Below, piece by piece: positions 8,545 through 17,444 of a stretch of 35,846 nucleotides of DNA. The DNA comes from Candidatus Cloacimonadota bacterium (lineage in GTDB: Bacteria; Muiribacteriota; UBA6191; JACPRK01). The notes under the pieces are model-generated. The model did not search any database and was not told the origin of the DNA. It was given only the letters and a program-made list of their open reading frames with translations. The position numbers and the translations under genes were made by a program. Location of the stretch: assembly GCA_021772705.1 (NCBI GenBank), contig JAJFLN010000729.1, forward strand, positions 1 to 35,846, written 5' to 3'. Every line of letters starts with the position of its first letter. Position 1 is the first letter of the stretch.

Positions 8545-9840
8545 TCAGTAGCGCAGTCCTTTCAGGACGGTGCAGCGGAGGGACTCCGATGCTGGCGGAA
8601 GGCCCGTGATCCGCTCAAAATTGAACGAACGATTCGTCAGGTGGGAAACGACCTGGAACAGGTCGCGCTCCGTGGTGGTGTGTAGCTCCATCAACTCCCT
8701 CAATCCTGCCTCGTCTTGCCCTGTCTCCAGGGGAAGCGGCAGGGCCATCGCTCGCGACAGATTGCGGCGCTGGCTCACCAGCTCGGAGAAGAATGTCTGA
8801 TAGGCGGCTGCTCGATCGGGCCTGCGGAAACAGCGACCGACCATCCAGGCCGCTGCTGTGCCCGAGAAGACGGCCAGCACCACTCCCAGGGAGAAGATGG
8901 GATCGATGAATCCTCCAGCATCGCCGACCACGAAGTATCCGGGCCCGGCGTGGGAGCTGACACGGAACGAGTAATCGTAGAGCGCGCGGACGCTGCCGGG
9001 AATGTAATCGGCTTCCTCCAGCAGGTCCTTCAGATAGGGCAAGCTGTGACAGTGCTCCAGGAAGAACCGTTCCTTATGCGACCCACTCAGCTCGGACTTC
9101 TTTACGCTGGACATGGGGAGAACGAGGCCGACGCTCGTGCTCGAACGCATCGGAATGTGCCACGACCATCCCGTCGGTCCAATCGACGAAACAAACGTGG
9201 TGGGCCGAACCTGGCGAAGGCTCTCCATCGGATGGACCTCTCCTCCGTCCGCCACGTACTTACCGCCCTGGAAGTAGCCCCATACGGACAGGAAACGGAA
9301 ATCATCGTCCGGTCGCCTCATGTTCTTCGCTCTGGCGATGCAGGAGGCCCGGCCGCTCGCATCGATTATGTACCGGGCCGACAGGGAACCGGATACCTCC
9401 TCCGACAGAGAGTGATACCTCAGCTCCCCGCCCTGGTCGTCGAGGCGAGCGACGGAGTTGACGGCCACCTCCTCGAAGATCCGAGCGCCTGCACCACGAG
9501 CATGCTCCAGGAGGATCTTGTCGAACCTGTCCCGCTCGACGTGAAGCCCGGGACGGTCGAATCCGAAATCTCCGAACGTCATCTGTCGGAGACAGCCATC
9601 CCAGGCCACCGTCCCTCCCGATTTCTTGATGAATCCTTCTTCCTCGATCGCATCGGAGATTCCTATCCTGTCCGCGTACTTCCAGAAGTGAGGGATCACG
9701 CTCTCGCCGACCATGTTTCGAGGGTGGCGGGCCTTCTCGAGAAGGACCACATCACGACCTTGTCGCGCCAGCATGGCGGCCGCCGAGCTACCCGCCGGAC
9801 CGCCCCCGATGATCGCCACGTCGCAGGTCTTGGGAATCAT
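8545..9840 (-). CDS. Flavin-dependent halogenase family protein (carrier-protein-dependent type)
   Basis: GGGPAGS FAD motif, GES, FIKKSGG (candidate catalytic Lys), WSWHIP (WxWxIP), GDAGGFIDPIFSLGV. Confidence 0.85.
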   Translation of the reverse strand: MIPKTCDVAIIGGGPAGSSAAAMLARQGRDVVLLEKARHPRNMVGESVIPHFWKYADRIGISDAIEEEGFIKKSGGTVAWDGCLRQMTFGDFGFDRPGLHVERDRFDKILLEHARGAGARIFEEVAVNSVARLDDQGGELRYHSLSEEVSGSLSARYIIDASGRASCIARAKNMRRPDDDFRFLSVWGYFQGGKYVADGGEVHPMESLRQVRPTTFVSSIGPTGWSWHIPMRSSTSVGLVLPMSSVKKSELSGSHKERFFLEHCHSLPYLKDLLEEADYIPGSVRALYDYSFRVSSHAGPGYFVVGDAGGFIDPIFSLGVVLAVFSGTAAAWMVGRCFRRPDRAAAYQTFFSELVSQRRNLSRAMALPLPLETGQDEAGLRELMELHTTTERDLFQVVSHLTNRSFNFERITGLPPASESLRCTVLKGLRY

Positions 9841-10151
9841 GAGACAGAACCTCCCTCTTCCGCGGCCGAGAACGCCGGGTCAATCTCCGCCGTGGCCAGC
9901 TGCCGGTGGACCAGCTCGGCAATTCGCCTCGGAGTTTCGAAATTTGCCGGAATGAGCAACCCAGAATCGAGCAACACGTCGTATTCGTCTTCGAGGAATG
10001 CCACCAGCTGGATGAAGCCCATGGAGTCCATCAGGTCGGCCGTGAACAAGTTCGTGTCCACATCGATCTCGGTCACCGTTTTCCCGGATTCTTCCCGGAT
10101 CCAGTCAACGATCTGTTCAAGTCTTCTGTCCGCCTTCGAGGCCATGGCCAT
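9837..10151 (-). CDS. Acyl/peptidyl carrier protein
   Basis: GGAGG RBS before ATG 10151. LMDSMGFIQLVAFLEDEY carries the phosphopantetheine Ser, followed by ANFETPRRIA. ATGA overlap with the halogenase. Confidence 0.85.
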   Translation of the reverse strand: MAMASKADRRLEQIVDWIREESGKTVTEIDVDTNLFTADLMDSMGFIQLVAFLEDEYDVLLDSGLLIPANFETPRRIAELVHRQLATAEIDPAFSAAEEGGSVS

Positions 10152-10640
10152 GGACCGCCTCCCCCCGGGGGGCTTCCCCGGAACCAGGTGAACTCCGTTT
10201 GGATGATCAGAAGCCCATCCTCTGTAGGGCGACTCACAAGGTGCGCCCTCGGGAGGGAACCATGGCAGACGAAGGGGGTGCAGGGCTGTGATGCGGAGCA
10301 CTGAATCGGCTGTGACGCAGGAGGCAACGGGGTGAATCGCTAATGGTGCAGAGGTCACAGCATCCGTGCGAGCTGCGTGAAATAGTGGTGCTGGCTGGAG
10401 GAAACGATCGGGCCAGCGCGGACAGTCCGGCAGAACACTCGGCGTCTCTTCCAGTCGTGCCAGGGGATCTTGCGGTCCTTGCGAGGGGATTCGGCCCCGG
10501 AATTGCGGCAGTGTAGATGACGTCACCGTTCGTGCGATCAGGATCAGCAGCCTCAGTTGTGACCAGCCACACAATGATCGGTACGCGGGCGTATTCTTTG
10601 AGCATCTTCCACACAGATACCCGGGGGGACCGTAGCCAGA

Positions 10641-11408
10641 GTGTTCTTCAGACCCATGGTTAGATGGAAGCTGGTGGCAGGTCTCGCAACGCTGCTCGTC
10701 CTTGCGGGAGCGATCGCATGGTCATGGTTGCGCCATCCGGAAACCACAGCCGCAATGAGGGGCCGGGAGGTCGCTCGGCGGCTGGGCTGCTTCGCCTGTC
10801 ACGGTCCAGATGGACTTGGAGGCGTCGCCGCTCCCGGCGGGGCTGGAGCAAACATGCCGGGGTGGGGCGGAGCTGCGGCGGCAATGTACATGAAGAGCGA
10901 AGAGCAGATCCGGGAGTGGATTCTGTACGGAGCACCGAGGAGTGGGTCGAGAGATGGCACGGCATGGACAACCGATGGCCTCGTCGAAATGCCGGCCTAC
11001 CACGATCTCCTTTCGAACCGGGACCTGGACGATCTTGTGGCCTACTTCCTGGCGGTCTCGGGCTGGGCGCCGGAGATCCCCGACGGCCCCTTCGAGGGCC
11101 GGCGAGTCGCGACTCGCATTGGCTGCTTCGGCTGTCACGGTCCATCGGGAATGGGGGGCGTGCCAAATCCTGGGAGCTTCAAGGGACACATCTCGCCCTG
11201 GGACGGAGAGGAATTCCGTGAACTGGTTCGGAGCGACGCGGAGCTTCGGGAGTGGATTCTGGACGGGTCCATCGCCCGGCTGAGGGACAATCCGCTTGCA
11301 CGGTACTTCCTTGACGGCCAGAAGACCCAGATGCCGGCTTATCGCGGTCACATCTCCAACGAGGAGCTGAACCTGATGGTCCAGTACGTCGGCTGGTTGA
11401 GGCGATGA
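10641..11408 (+). CDS. Membrane-anchored di-heme cytochrome c with an internal duplication
   Basis: N-terminal TM helix, then two repeats G-x7-GCFxCHG...REWILxG...MPAY (CFACH, CFGCH). The start may be ATG a few codons in. Confidence 0.9.
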   Translation: MFFRPMVRWKLVAGLATLLVLAGAIAWSWLRHPETTAAMRGREVARRLGCFACHGPDGLGGVAAPGGAGANMPGWGGAAAAMYMKSEEQIREWILYGAPRSGSRDGTAWTTDGLVEMPAYHDLLSNRDLDDLVAYFLAVSGWAPEIPDGPFEGRRVATRIGCFGCHGPSGMGGVPNPGSFKGHISPWDGEEFRELVRSDAELREWILDGSIARLRDNPLARYFLDGQKTQMPAYRGHISNEELNLMVQYVGWLRR

Positions 11409-13198
11409 TGACTCGCATGGTCCTGGTCTTCATCATCGTGGCCCTGACGTCACTGCTGATCTCGCCCCCATCGAGTGCTTCGAAGCCGGCCGAGCCGGTC
11501 TACAGATCACCGATCCATATCAGCCTCTCTCCTGACGGAGCGACCGCCTACGTCGTCAATCAGGGCTCGGACTCCGTGTCGATCCTCGACGTGCGAAGCC
11601 GTCGAGTGATCGGGGAGATCCCGGTCGGGTCCTATCCGGCCCACGCTGCTGTCTCCGCCGACGGTCTGAGACTCCATGTGAGTAGCCAGTATGGCGCCAG
11701 CGTGGAAATCGTGGACCTGCAGAGCAGGACCGTCGCTCGATATATCCCGACCGACTTCGGTCCACAGGGAGTGTGCCTCTCGGAGGATGGAGCCACCCTC
11801 TACACCGCCAACTCCGTATCCGGCACGGTCTCGTTTCTGGATCTGAAGACCGGCCGGAGCGCCTTCACTGTTCCCGTGGGGCGTGACCCACGATACGTGG
11901 CTCGAACCCCTGACAGCTCTCGACTGATCGTGACCAACGGCCTGTCCCGCAGCGTCTCCATTATCAATCCGGCCCACGGCACGGTCGTCGAGACACGGGA
12001 GCTGGGCAGGGCCTCCCTCCTGCGGCAGGTAGTCTGTTCATCCGATGGCCGGTGGGCCTTCGTGGCGCACCTGGTTTCCCACGATGAAACGGCGACGTTG
12101 CAGATGGAGCGCGGGTGGATTCATTCCAACGGCATCTCGATCCTCGATCTTCAAGAGCCGGGTCACTACGTGACACTTCTGCTCGACCGTCTTCTCCGGG
12201 GAGCTGCCAACCCTTGGGGGCTGGCGCTCTCCGTCGACGGTCGACGACTGTATGTCTCACTTGCCGGTGCCCACGAGGTGGCGATCGTGGATGTGCCAGC
12301 AGCGCTCCGCCTGGTGAGTGAAACCGGGCCCGAGCAGGTCACCCCACTCTCGAAGGACGTGGAGATCGTGGAGCGGCGAGGAATTGCCCGGCGATTCGAG
12401 TCAGGCGGGCTCGGCCCTCGCAGCCTCGCGCTGAGCGAAGCGACGGGGGATCTGCTGGTAGCGAACTACTTCAGCGATGAAGTCTCCTTCCTGGATCCGG
12501 AGTCCGGTGAGATCCGGGCCGTCCTTCCCCTCGGCGCTCCCCAGGAGATGACGCTGTGGCGAAAGGGACAGCTGCTCTTCAATGACGCGCGGCTCTGCTA
12601 CCAGGGCTGGTACAGCTGCGCCAGCTGTCACCAGGAAGATGCCACGGTTGATGGCCTCAACTGGGACCTCCCGAACGATGGGCTGGGAAACTCGAAGAAC
12701 GCGAAGTCACTTCTCGATGTCCACGACTCGCCGCCAGCCATGTGGGGCGCCGTTCGAGCTGACATGGACGCAGCCGTGCAGGCGGGTCAGCGGTTCCTCG
12801 GGTCCATTCCGGTTCCCGAGAATCATCGGGCACTCCTTGCGTTCTTGGGCAATCCCAAGCGCGCGCCGAATCCCTATCGCTCCCGGGCTCCGGAGACCGT
12901 GGCACGAGGCCGGCAGGTCTTCGAGCGGGCTCGTTGTGGGGCCTGTCACCCTGCACCGGTCTACACGGACATGAAAAAGCATGACGTGGGTCTGGCGGCC
13001 AAAACGGACTTGAGGTCCCGGCTGGACACACCGTCGCTCCGCGGCTGCTACAAGACGGCTCCCTACTTGCACGACGGCCGAGCCGAGTCGCTCCGAGAGA
13101 TCTTCAGGTCGCACAATCCAGAGGATCGGCACGGCCGAACGTCGGGCCTGTCGAACAATGAACTCGAGGACCTGCTCGAGTTTCTGAGGAGTCTCTGA
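11405..13198 (+). CDS. Exported YVTN beta-propeller + di-heme cytochrome c peroxidase/MauG-like protein
   Basis: Signal peptide, repeated SPDG..YVVN/YTAN/IVTN blades, CASCH and CGACH, DTPSLRG...TAPYLHDG. Confidence 0.9.
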   Translation: MMTRMVLVFIIVALTSLLISPPSSASKPAEPVYRSPIHISLSPDGATAYVVNQGSDSVSILDVRSRRVIGEIPVGSYPAHAAVSADGLRLHVSSQYGASVEIVDLQSRTVARYIPTDFGPQGVCLSEDGATLYTANSVSGTVSFLDLKTGRSAFTVPVGRDPRYVARTPDSSRLIVTNGLSRSVSIINPAHGTVVETRELGRASLLRQVVCSSDGRWAFVAHLVSHDETATLQMERGWIHSNGISILDLQEPGHYVTLLLDRLLRGAANPWGLALSVDGRRLYVSLAGAHEVAIVDVPAALRLVSETGPEQVTPLSKDVEIVERRGIARRFESGGLGPRSLALSEATGDLLVANYFSDEVSFLDPESGEIRAVLPLGAPQEMTLWRKGQLLFNDARLCYQGWYSCASCHQEDATVDGLNWDLPNDGLGNSKNAKSLLDVHDSPPAMWGAVRADMDAAVQAGQRFLGSIPVPENHRALLAFLGNPKRAPNPYRSRAPETVARGRQVFERARCGACHPAPVYTDMKKHDVGLAAKTDLRSRLDTPSLRGCYKTAPYLHDGRAESLREIFRSHNPEDRHGRTSGLSNNELEDLLEFLRSL

Positions 13199-16100
13199 TG
13201 CGCTGGCTGGTCATACTCCTGGGACTCACGGTCGTTTCGCTGTCGGCGCTGGCCCGAGAGACTCCTCCGGAGAGCGTCCGGGCGGCTCCACCGGAGGACC
13301 CAGCCGCCCTGGGGACGGCGCCGTCCCATTTCGGTAAGCTCACCAGCAGCCGCTGGGCCTACGGCGGGCGCCACGAGCGGCGAAACCTGACTCCCGTGGC
13401 CAATCCGAATCGGGCCCCGGAGCCACAGCCCCGCCGCGATCACCCCTACGATGTCGCCGTCTCTGCCGATGGGACGAAGGTCTACATCGGCCTGCTCGGA
13501 TCCGAACTGGAACCGGGAAGTGAGGTCGCCGTGTACGACGTGGCCACCGACGAGATCGTCAAGCGCATCGTCCTGAAGATGGCGGCAGAAAAGGGAGCCG
13601 CCGGCTCTGGTCCCGGCAGACTGACACTCCATCCGAGCGGGTACGCGCTGGTCGTGACGAATCGATTCTCCAACTTCGCCACTGTGATCGACACGCGAAC
13701 CGATCAGGTCACATCGGAGATTCCCCTCGACTTCTACTGCCAGGACATCGCCTTCACAGGGAAGGGCCAGCGAGCCTACGTGGCCAACCGGTACCTCGAC
13801 CAGGTGTTCGTCGTGGACGTCAAGGCTGGGGCCAGGTCACTGGAGGCGACCATGAGTGTGCAAGGAGGACTGGACGACCGGTCATTCTACAGGGAGGTTC
13901 ATCCGGCGCTGGTCCGTGGCTGCGGCACGGCCGGCTGTCACGACAGGAGTCGGGGTGGATTCGTCGCAGGCCCCGACGGCCGCGACAGTTTTCTCTCCGC
14001 CCTCGGCCACGTGCGACCCGGAAACTCGGCCGGGAGCCGCCTGATCCGGGCTGCGGTACGCACGGCCAATGGCGGGTACGGTGACCGGAAGCCTCTGTAT
14101 CTGAGTCACGCCGATGGGACGGTGGTCTTTCCGGATCCGGCGAACGATTCAGACTACCGGACAATCGCCCGGTGGATCGATGGGGCCTCCGAAGGTCCGG
14201 GAATTCCGGTGGGCAATCGGCGCAGCAAGCCGAAGGTCTGTGTGCTCAGCACCGATGAGCGTTACCTGTTCGTGGGAAACACGGGGACGCAGGACATCTC
14301 CATCGTGGACACGAAGACGCTGCGAGAGGTCGGCGGGATTTACATACAGAACGCTGTCGACGACCTGAAGGTGCACCACTCCCGCGAGACCGGTCGTGAC
14401 TATCTGATCGTGGCGACCCGAGGCGTTGGCTTCGGTGTCCCGGCGGAACGGGACCCCCACGGGGGAGAGAGCTGGGATGTCCGCAATCCGGCAGCCCACT
14501 TCTCCGTCTGGCGTGACACGATCACGGGCAGCATCCTGCCACGATCGGAACAGGAGATCCTGGGGCCATTCGATGCAGTCGATGGGACAGGGGAGATCGG
14601 TTTCAGGGACATGCAGAACGACATCGTCTTCATTGACCTCTCCCGTCTGGACATCCCGAGCGCCCTGGCCAGTAACGGGCTCCGGTACCTGCTGGAGCCA
14701 AACCGCTACGAGGCGCACCGAGGCTGGGTACGCTACACATCCGACACTGCGGAGTCCACCCGAGGGGACATCAAGGGCGACATCCCGCCGGACCTGATGC
14801 GTGTCGTGGGGGCAACGCCGGAACAGATGGCCATCGTGAAGGATCGTCTCTACGTGACCATGCTCGGGAGCAACCAGGTCCAGGAGTGGCGGATCGACGT
14901 CGGAGCCCGGGAGCCGAGCGACTATCTCGTTCCGGTCCGGGTGGTCGACACCGGGCTGCAGCCCATGGGGATCGCCGCTGCGCCGGACGGGACGGTCTAT
15001 GTGGCCAACTTCCTCGGAGGAACAGTCTCTGTGATTGACGCCAAGTCGGGTGCGTCACGAGAGGTAATCGTGGACCCTTCGGTGGAGCGTCTGCCCGTGC
15101 CGGCAACGAATGCCGAACGAGGGGAGATCTTCGTCCGGGGCGCCGCCTTCTCGTCTGACGGCGATCTCTCCTGCTTTCATTGCCATCGGGACGACATGAA
15201 CGATGGACGTGCCTGGGGCACTCACCAGGTGATGGCCCAGGAGTATCTGTCCGGGGCCGGAGAGGATTCCCGTCGCGCCATAGGCGCCACCATGGGTGTC
15301 CCCCAGCTTCGAGGGCTCAACGACATCCAGCCCCTCTACTTCGAGGGTACATTCACGGTGTTCGAACAGCCACGGGAAGCGATGATCGAGCAGGCGCCGA
15401 TCGACGACTTCCTGGGTTCGACTCCGGCCGGAGACTTCACCACCCTCGAGGCGCACGTCATGCGGCACGGAGCCGGAGATTTGACGCTCCCTGCTATTCA
15501 GCCAGGCGTGCTCGCGAGTCTGGAAGAACGTCGAGATGAGCTGTTCCGCCGTGAGTCGATACGTTACTTCGGCAAGGCCTACAGCCTGCTGGATGTCCAG
15601 CGCTTCGCCGGTGAGTGGCAGGCCAGCGAGCCGCGCCTCCTGCCGAACCCCTTCGACCAGACCAGCCGATCCGTGTTGCGAGGCAAGGTGCTGTTCGAGG
15701 ACCCGCAGGTCGGCTGTGTTTCGTGCCATCCCGCTCCTCACTTTGCCAAGAAGGACCTCCGGGACAACCGGCAGCAGGCCTTCGCGCCCCAGGTGACATT
15801 CACTGCCCGGGACGGCTCGTCGACCCTGATCGGAATGTACCGCCTGGACAGCATTAACGGAGTGCAGCGGGACCTGGAACCGTGGGATGTGGGGCGGGTG
15901 GAGGAGGTTCAGGGGCACTTCACGTCATTCCAGCTCCGGGGGATCTGGGATCGTCCGCCATCCTTCCTGCATAACGGAATGGCCCGGACTCTGCACGAGG
16001 TCGTCGCCACACCCGGTCATCCAGGACTCGGGAAATACAAGTACGAGCCGCTCATCGGCGGTGTCCCCGAGCGACCGGGCCGTCGAGAGGTGGGCTTCAA

Positions 16101-16251
16101 CATGACCTGGCTCTTCAAGAAGCGCTCGGACAGAACGAAGCTCCACATGAAGTCCGGGGCCCGGCTGGGTTTCGATACCCACGGCGGCACATCACACCTG
16201 ACGGCACAACAGGTCGACGACTTGGTCGACTTCCTGGACTCCATCGAATGA
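13198..16251 (+). CDS. Large exported beta-propeller + CcP/MauG-like cytochrome with an extra atypical heme motif
   Basis: Signal peptide, YVAN/VVTN/FVGN blades, CGTAGCH, CFHCH, CVSCH, QLRGIWDRPPSFLHNG. The C-terminus is paralogous to the upstream gene. Confidence 0.85.
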   Translation: MRWLVILLGLTVVSLSALARETPPESVRAAPPEDPAALGTAPSHFGKLTSSRWAYGGRHERRNLTPVANPNRAPEPQPRRDHPYDVAVSADGTKVYIGLLGSELEPGSEVAVYDVATDEIVKRIVLKMAAEKGAAGSGPGRLTLHPSGYALVVTNRFSNFATVIDTRTDQVTSEIPLDFYCQDIAFTGKGQRAYVANRYLDQVFVVDVKAGARSLEATMSVQGGLDDRSFYREVHPALVRGCGTAGCHDRSRGGFVAGPDGRDSFLSALGHVRPGNSAGSRLIRAAVRTANGGYGDRKPLYLSHADGTVVFPDPANDSDYRTIARWIDGASEGPGIPVGNRRSKPKVCVLSTDERYLFVGNTGTQDISIVDTKTLREVGGIYIQNAVDDLKVHHSRETGRDYLIVATRGVGFGVPAERDPHGGESWDVRNPAAHFSVWRDTITGSILPRSEQEILGPFDAVDGTGEIGFRDMQNDIVFIDLSRLDIPSALASNGLRYLLEPNRYEAHRGWVRYTSDTAESTRGDIKGDIPPDLMRVVGATPEQMAIVKDRLYVTMLGSNQVQEWRIDVGAREPSDYLVPVRVVDTGLQPMGIAAAPDGTVYVANFLGGTVSVIDAKSGASREVIVDPSVERLPVPATNAERGEIFVRGAAFSSDGDLSCFHCHRDDMNDGRAWGTHQVMAQEYLSGAGEDSRRAIGATMGVPQLRGLNDIQPLYFEGTFTVFEQPREAMIEQAPIDDFLGSTPAGDFTTLEAHVMRHGAGDLTLPAIQPGVLASLEERRDELFRRESIRYFGKAYSLLDVQRFAGEWQASEPRLLPNPFDQTSRSVLRGKVLFEDPQVGCVSCHPAPHFAKKDLRDNRQQAFAPQVTFTARDGSSTLIGMYRLDSINGVQRDLEPWDVGRVEEVQGHFTSFQLRGIWDRPPSFLHNGMARTLHEVVATPGHPGLGKYKYEPLIGGVPERPGRREVGFNMTWLFKKRSDRTKLHMKSGARLGFDTHGGTSHLTAQQVDDLVDFLDSIE

Positions 16252-17207
16252 CAACACGACTGACACAGGGTCTGATCGGTGCCGTGGCAGTGACCGTGAT
16301 CGGCTATCTGGTGATCTCCGGTAACTCGGCACCGGAGGCTTCCAGCTCGACAGTCGAGGAGATCCTCCACGGCCGGGACGGATCGATCATGGTGGTCGTT
16401 CCGGCGGCCAGGATCAGCACTGGCGATCACGAAACGCACCCGGACCTCCCGGCGGAACAGCTGGGCGACAAACCTCTCAAGCCTTACGAGGTCTTCACGG
16501 TCCGAGCAGAGCCCGGCTGGAGGCCGGGAAGCGAACCGGCGAGGACCATCGACGTCCCGGCCTTCGCCATCGACCGGTACGAGGTCAGCAACGGCCAGTA
16601 CCGGAAGTTCCTCGACTGGATCACACGAACCGGTGACCACCGGTCATGCCATCCCGATGAGGCGAAGTCGAAGGACCACACCCCCAGGTACTGGAAGGAG
16701 TTCAATCCGTTGCTGAGGGACCGGCGCTACGGGCAGACCACACCCTTCGGCTCCGAGACGTTCACGGGGAACTCGAATCCCGTGGTGGGAGTGGACTGGT
16801 TCGACGCCTTCGCCTACGCAGAGTGGGCGGGAAAGCGCCTCCCGGCGGAAGCGGAGTGGGAGCTGGCCGCCCGGGGTACTGATGGACGCCGGTGGCCCTG
16901 GGGAAGCGAGTGGCAGTGGGGGAAGGCGAACACGGGAGGAGAGAAGCGAGGTCTGGACACTGTTCCGAAGGGCAAGGAGAGAGATGGCTACATCTACTCT
17001 GCCCCCGTGGGCACCTACCCGGACGGAAGGAGCCCCTTCGGCTGTGACGATATGGCGGGAAACGTCGCCGAGTGGAGCCTGGAGCGAGCCGTCAGGGGCG
17101 GCAGTTCCCGAAGCTCTCCGAGTTCAGTTCGCTGCTCCGTCCGTTCGGTCCGTGAACCAGAGTTCCGGACGTTCACGCTGGGATTCCGCTGCGCCAGGGA
17201 TCTATGA
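16248..17207 (+). CDS. FGE-sulfatase (SUMF1/EgtB/PvdO-like) domain protein with N-terminal anchor
   Basis: FAIDRYEVSNGQY, PVVGVDWFDA, RLPAEAEWELAARG, DMAGNVAEW, RGGS, GFRCA. Confidence 0.9.
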   Translation: MTTRLTQGLIGAVAVTVIGYLVISGNSAPEASSSTVEEILHGRDGSIMVVVPAARISTGDHETHPDLPAEQLGDKPLKPYEVFTVRAEPGWRPGSEPARTIDVPAFAIDRYEVSNGQYRKFLDWITRTGDHRSCHPDEAKSKDHTPRYWKEFNPLLRDRRYGQTTPFGSETFTGNSNPVVGVDWFDAFAYAEWAGKRLPAEAEWELAARGTDGRRWPWGSEWQWGKANTGGEKRGLDTVPKGKERDGYIYSAPVGTYPDGRSPFGCDDMAGNVAEWSLERAVRGGSSRSSPSSVRCSVRSVREPEFRTFTLGFRCARDL

Positions 17208-17444
17208 GCACTGCATCCTGTCATCCATCGGCTCGAGAGCGCACGCCATCTGCGGTCAGATCGGGTTATGACAGAGCGCGTCAAAGTCGGACCAGCAATG
17301 GCGACTGAGGTCACCGCATCTGGAGCTGGCAGAGCGATAGACTGACGATGAATCCAGAATCCGGGCTCAGGTAACCCTCTCTCATGGCCTGCGGGAGCAT
17401 GACTCCGACAGGCCGCGGAGCGACCCATCCCCAGGAGGTTGGAC

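Noticed and set aside
8716-10191. 491-aa plus-strand ORF
   Set aside because: Antisense shadow of the halogenase and carrier-protein genes with no motifs; long shadow ORFs are expected at high GC.
10152-10640. Small ORFs or a riboswitch between the carrier-protein and cytochrome genes
   Set aside because: No convincing RBS/motif combination or recognisable RNA consensus.
11405-16251. Calling the cluster anammox hydrazine synthase
   Set aside because: Only the architecture is similar. There is no HzsA-like gene and no basis for orthology from the sequence alone.
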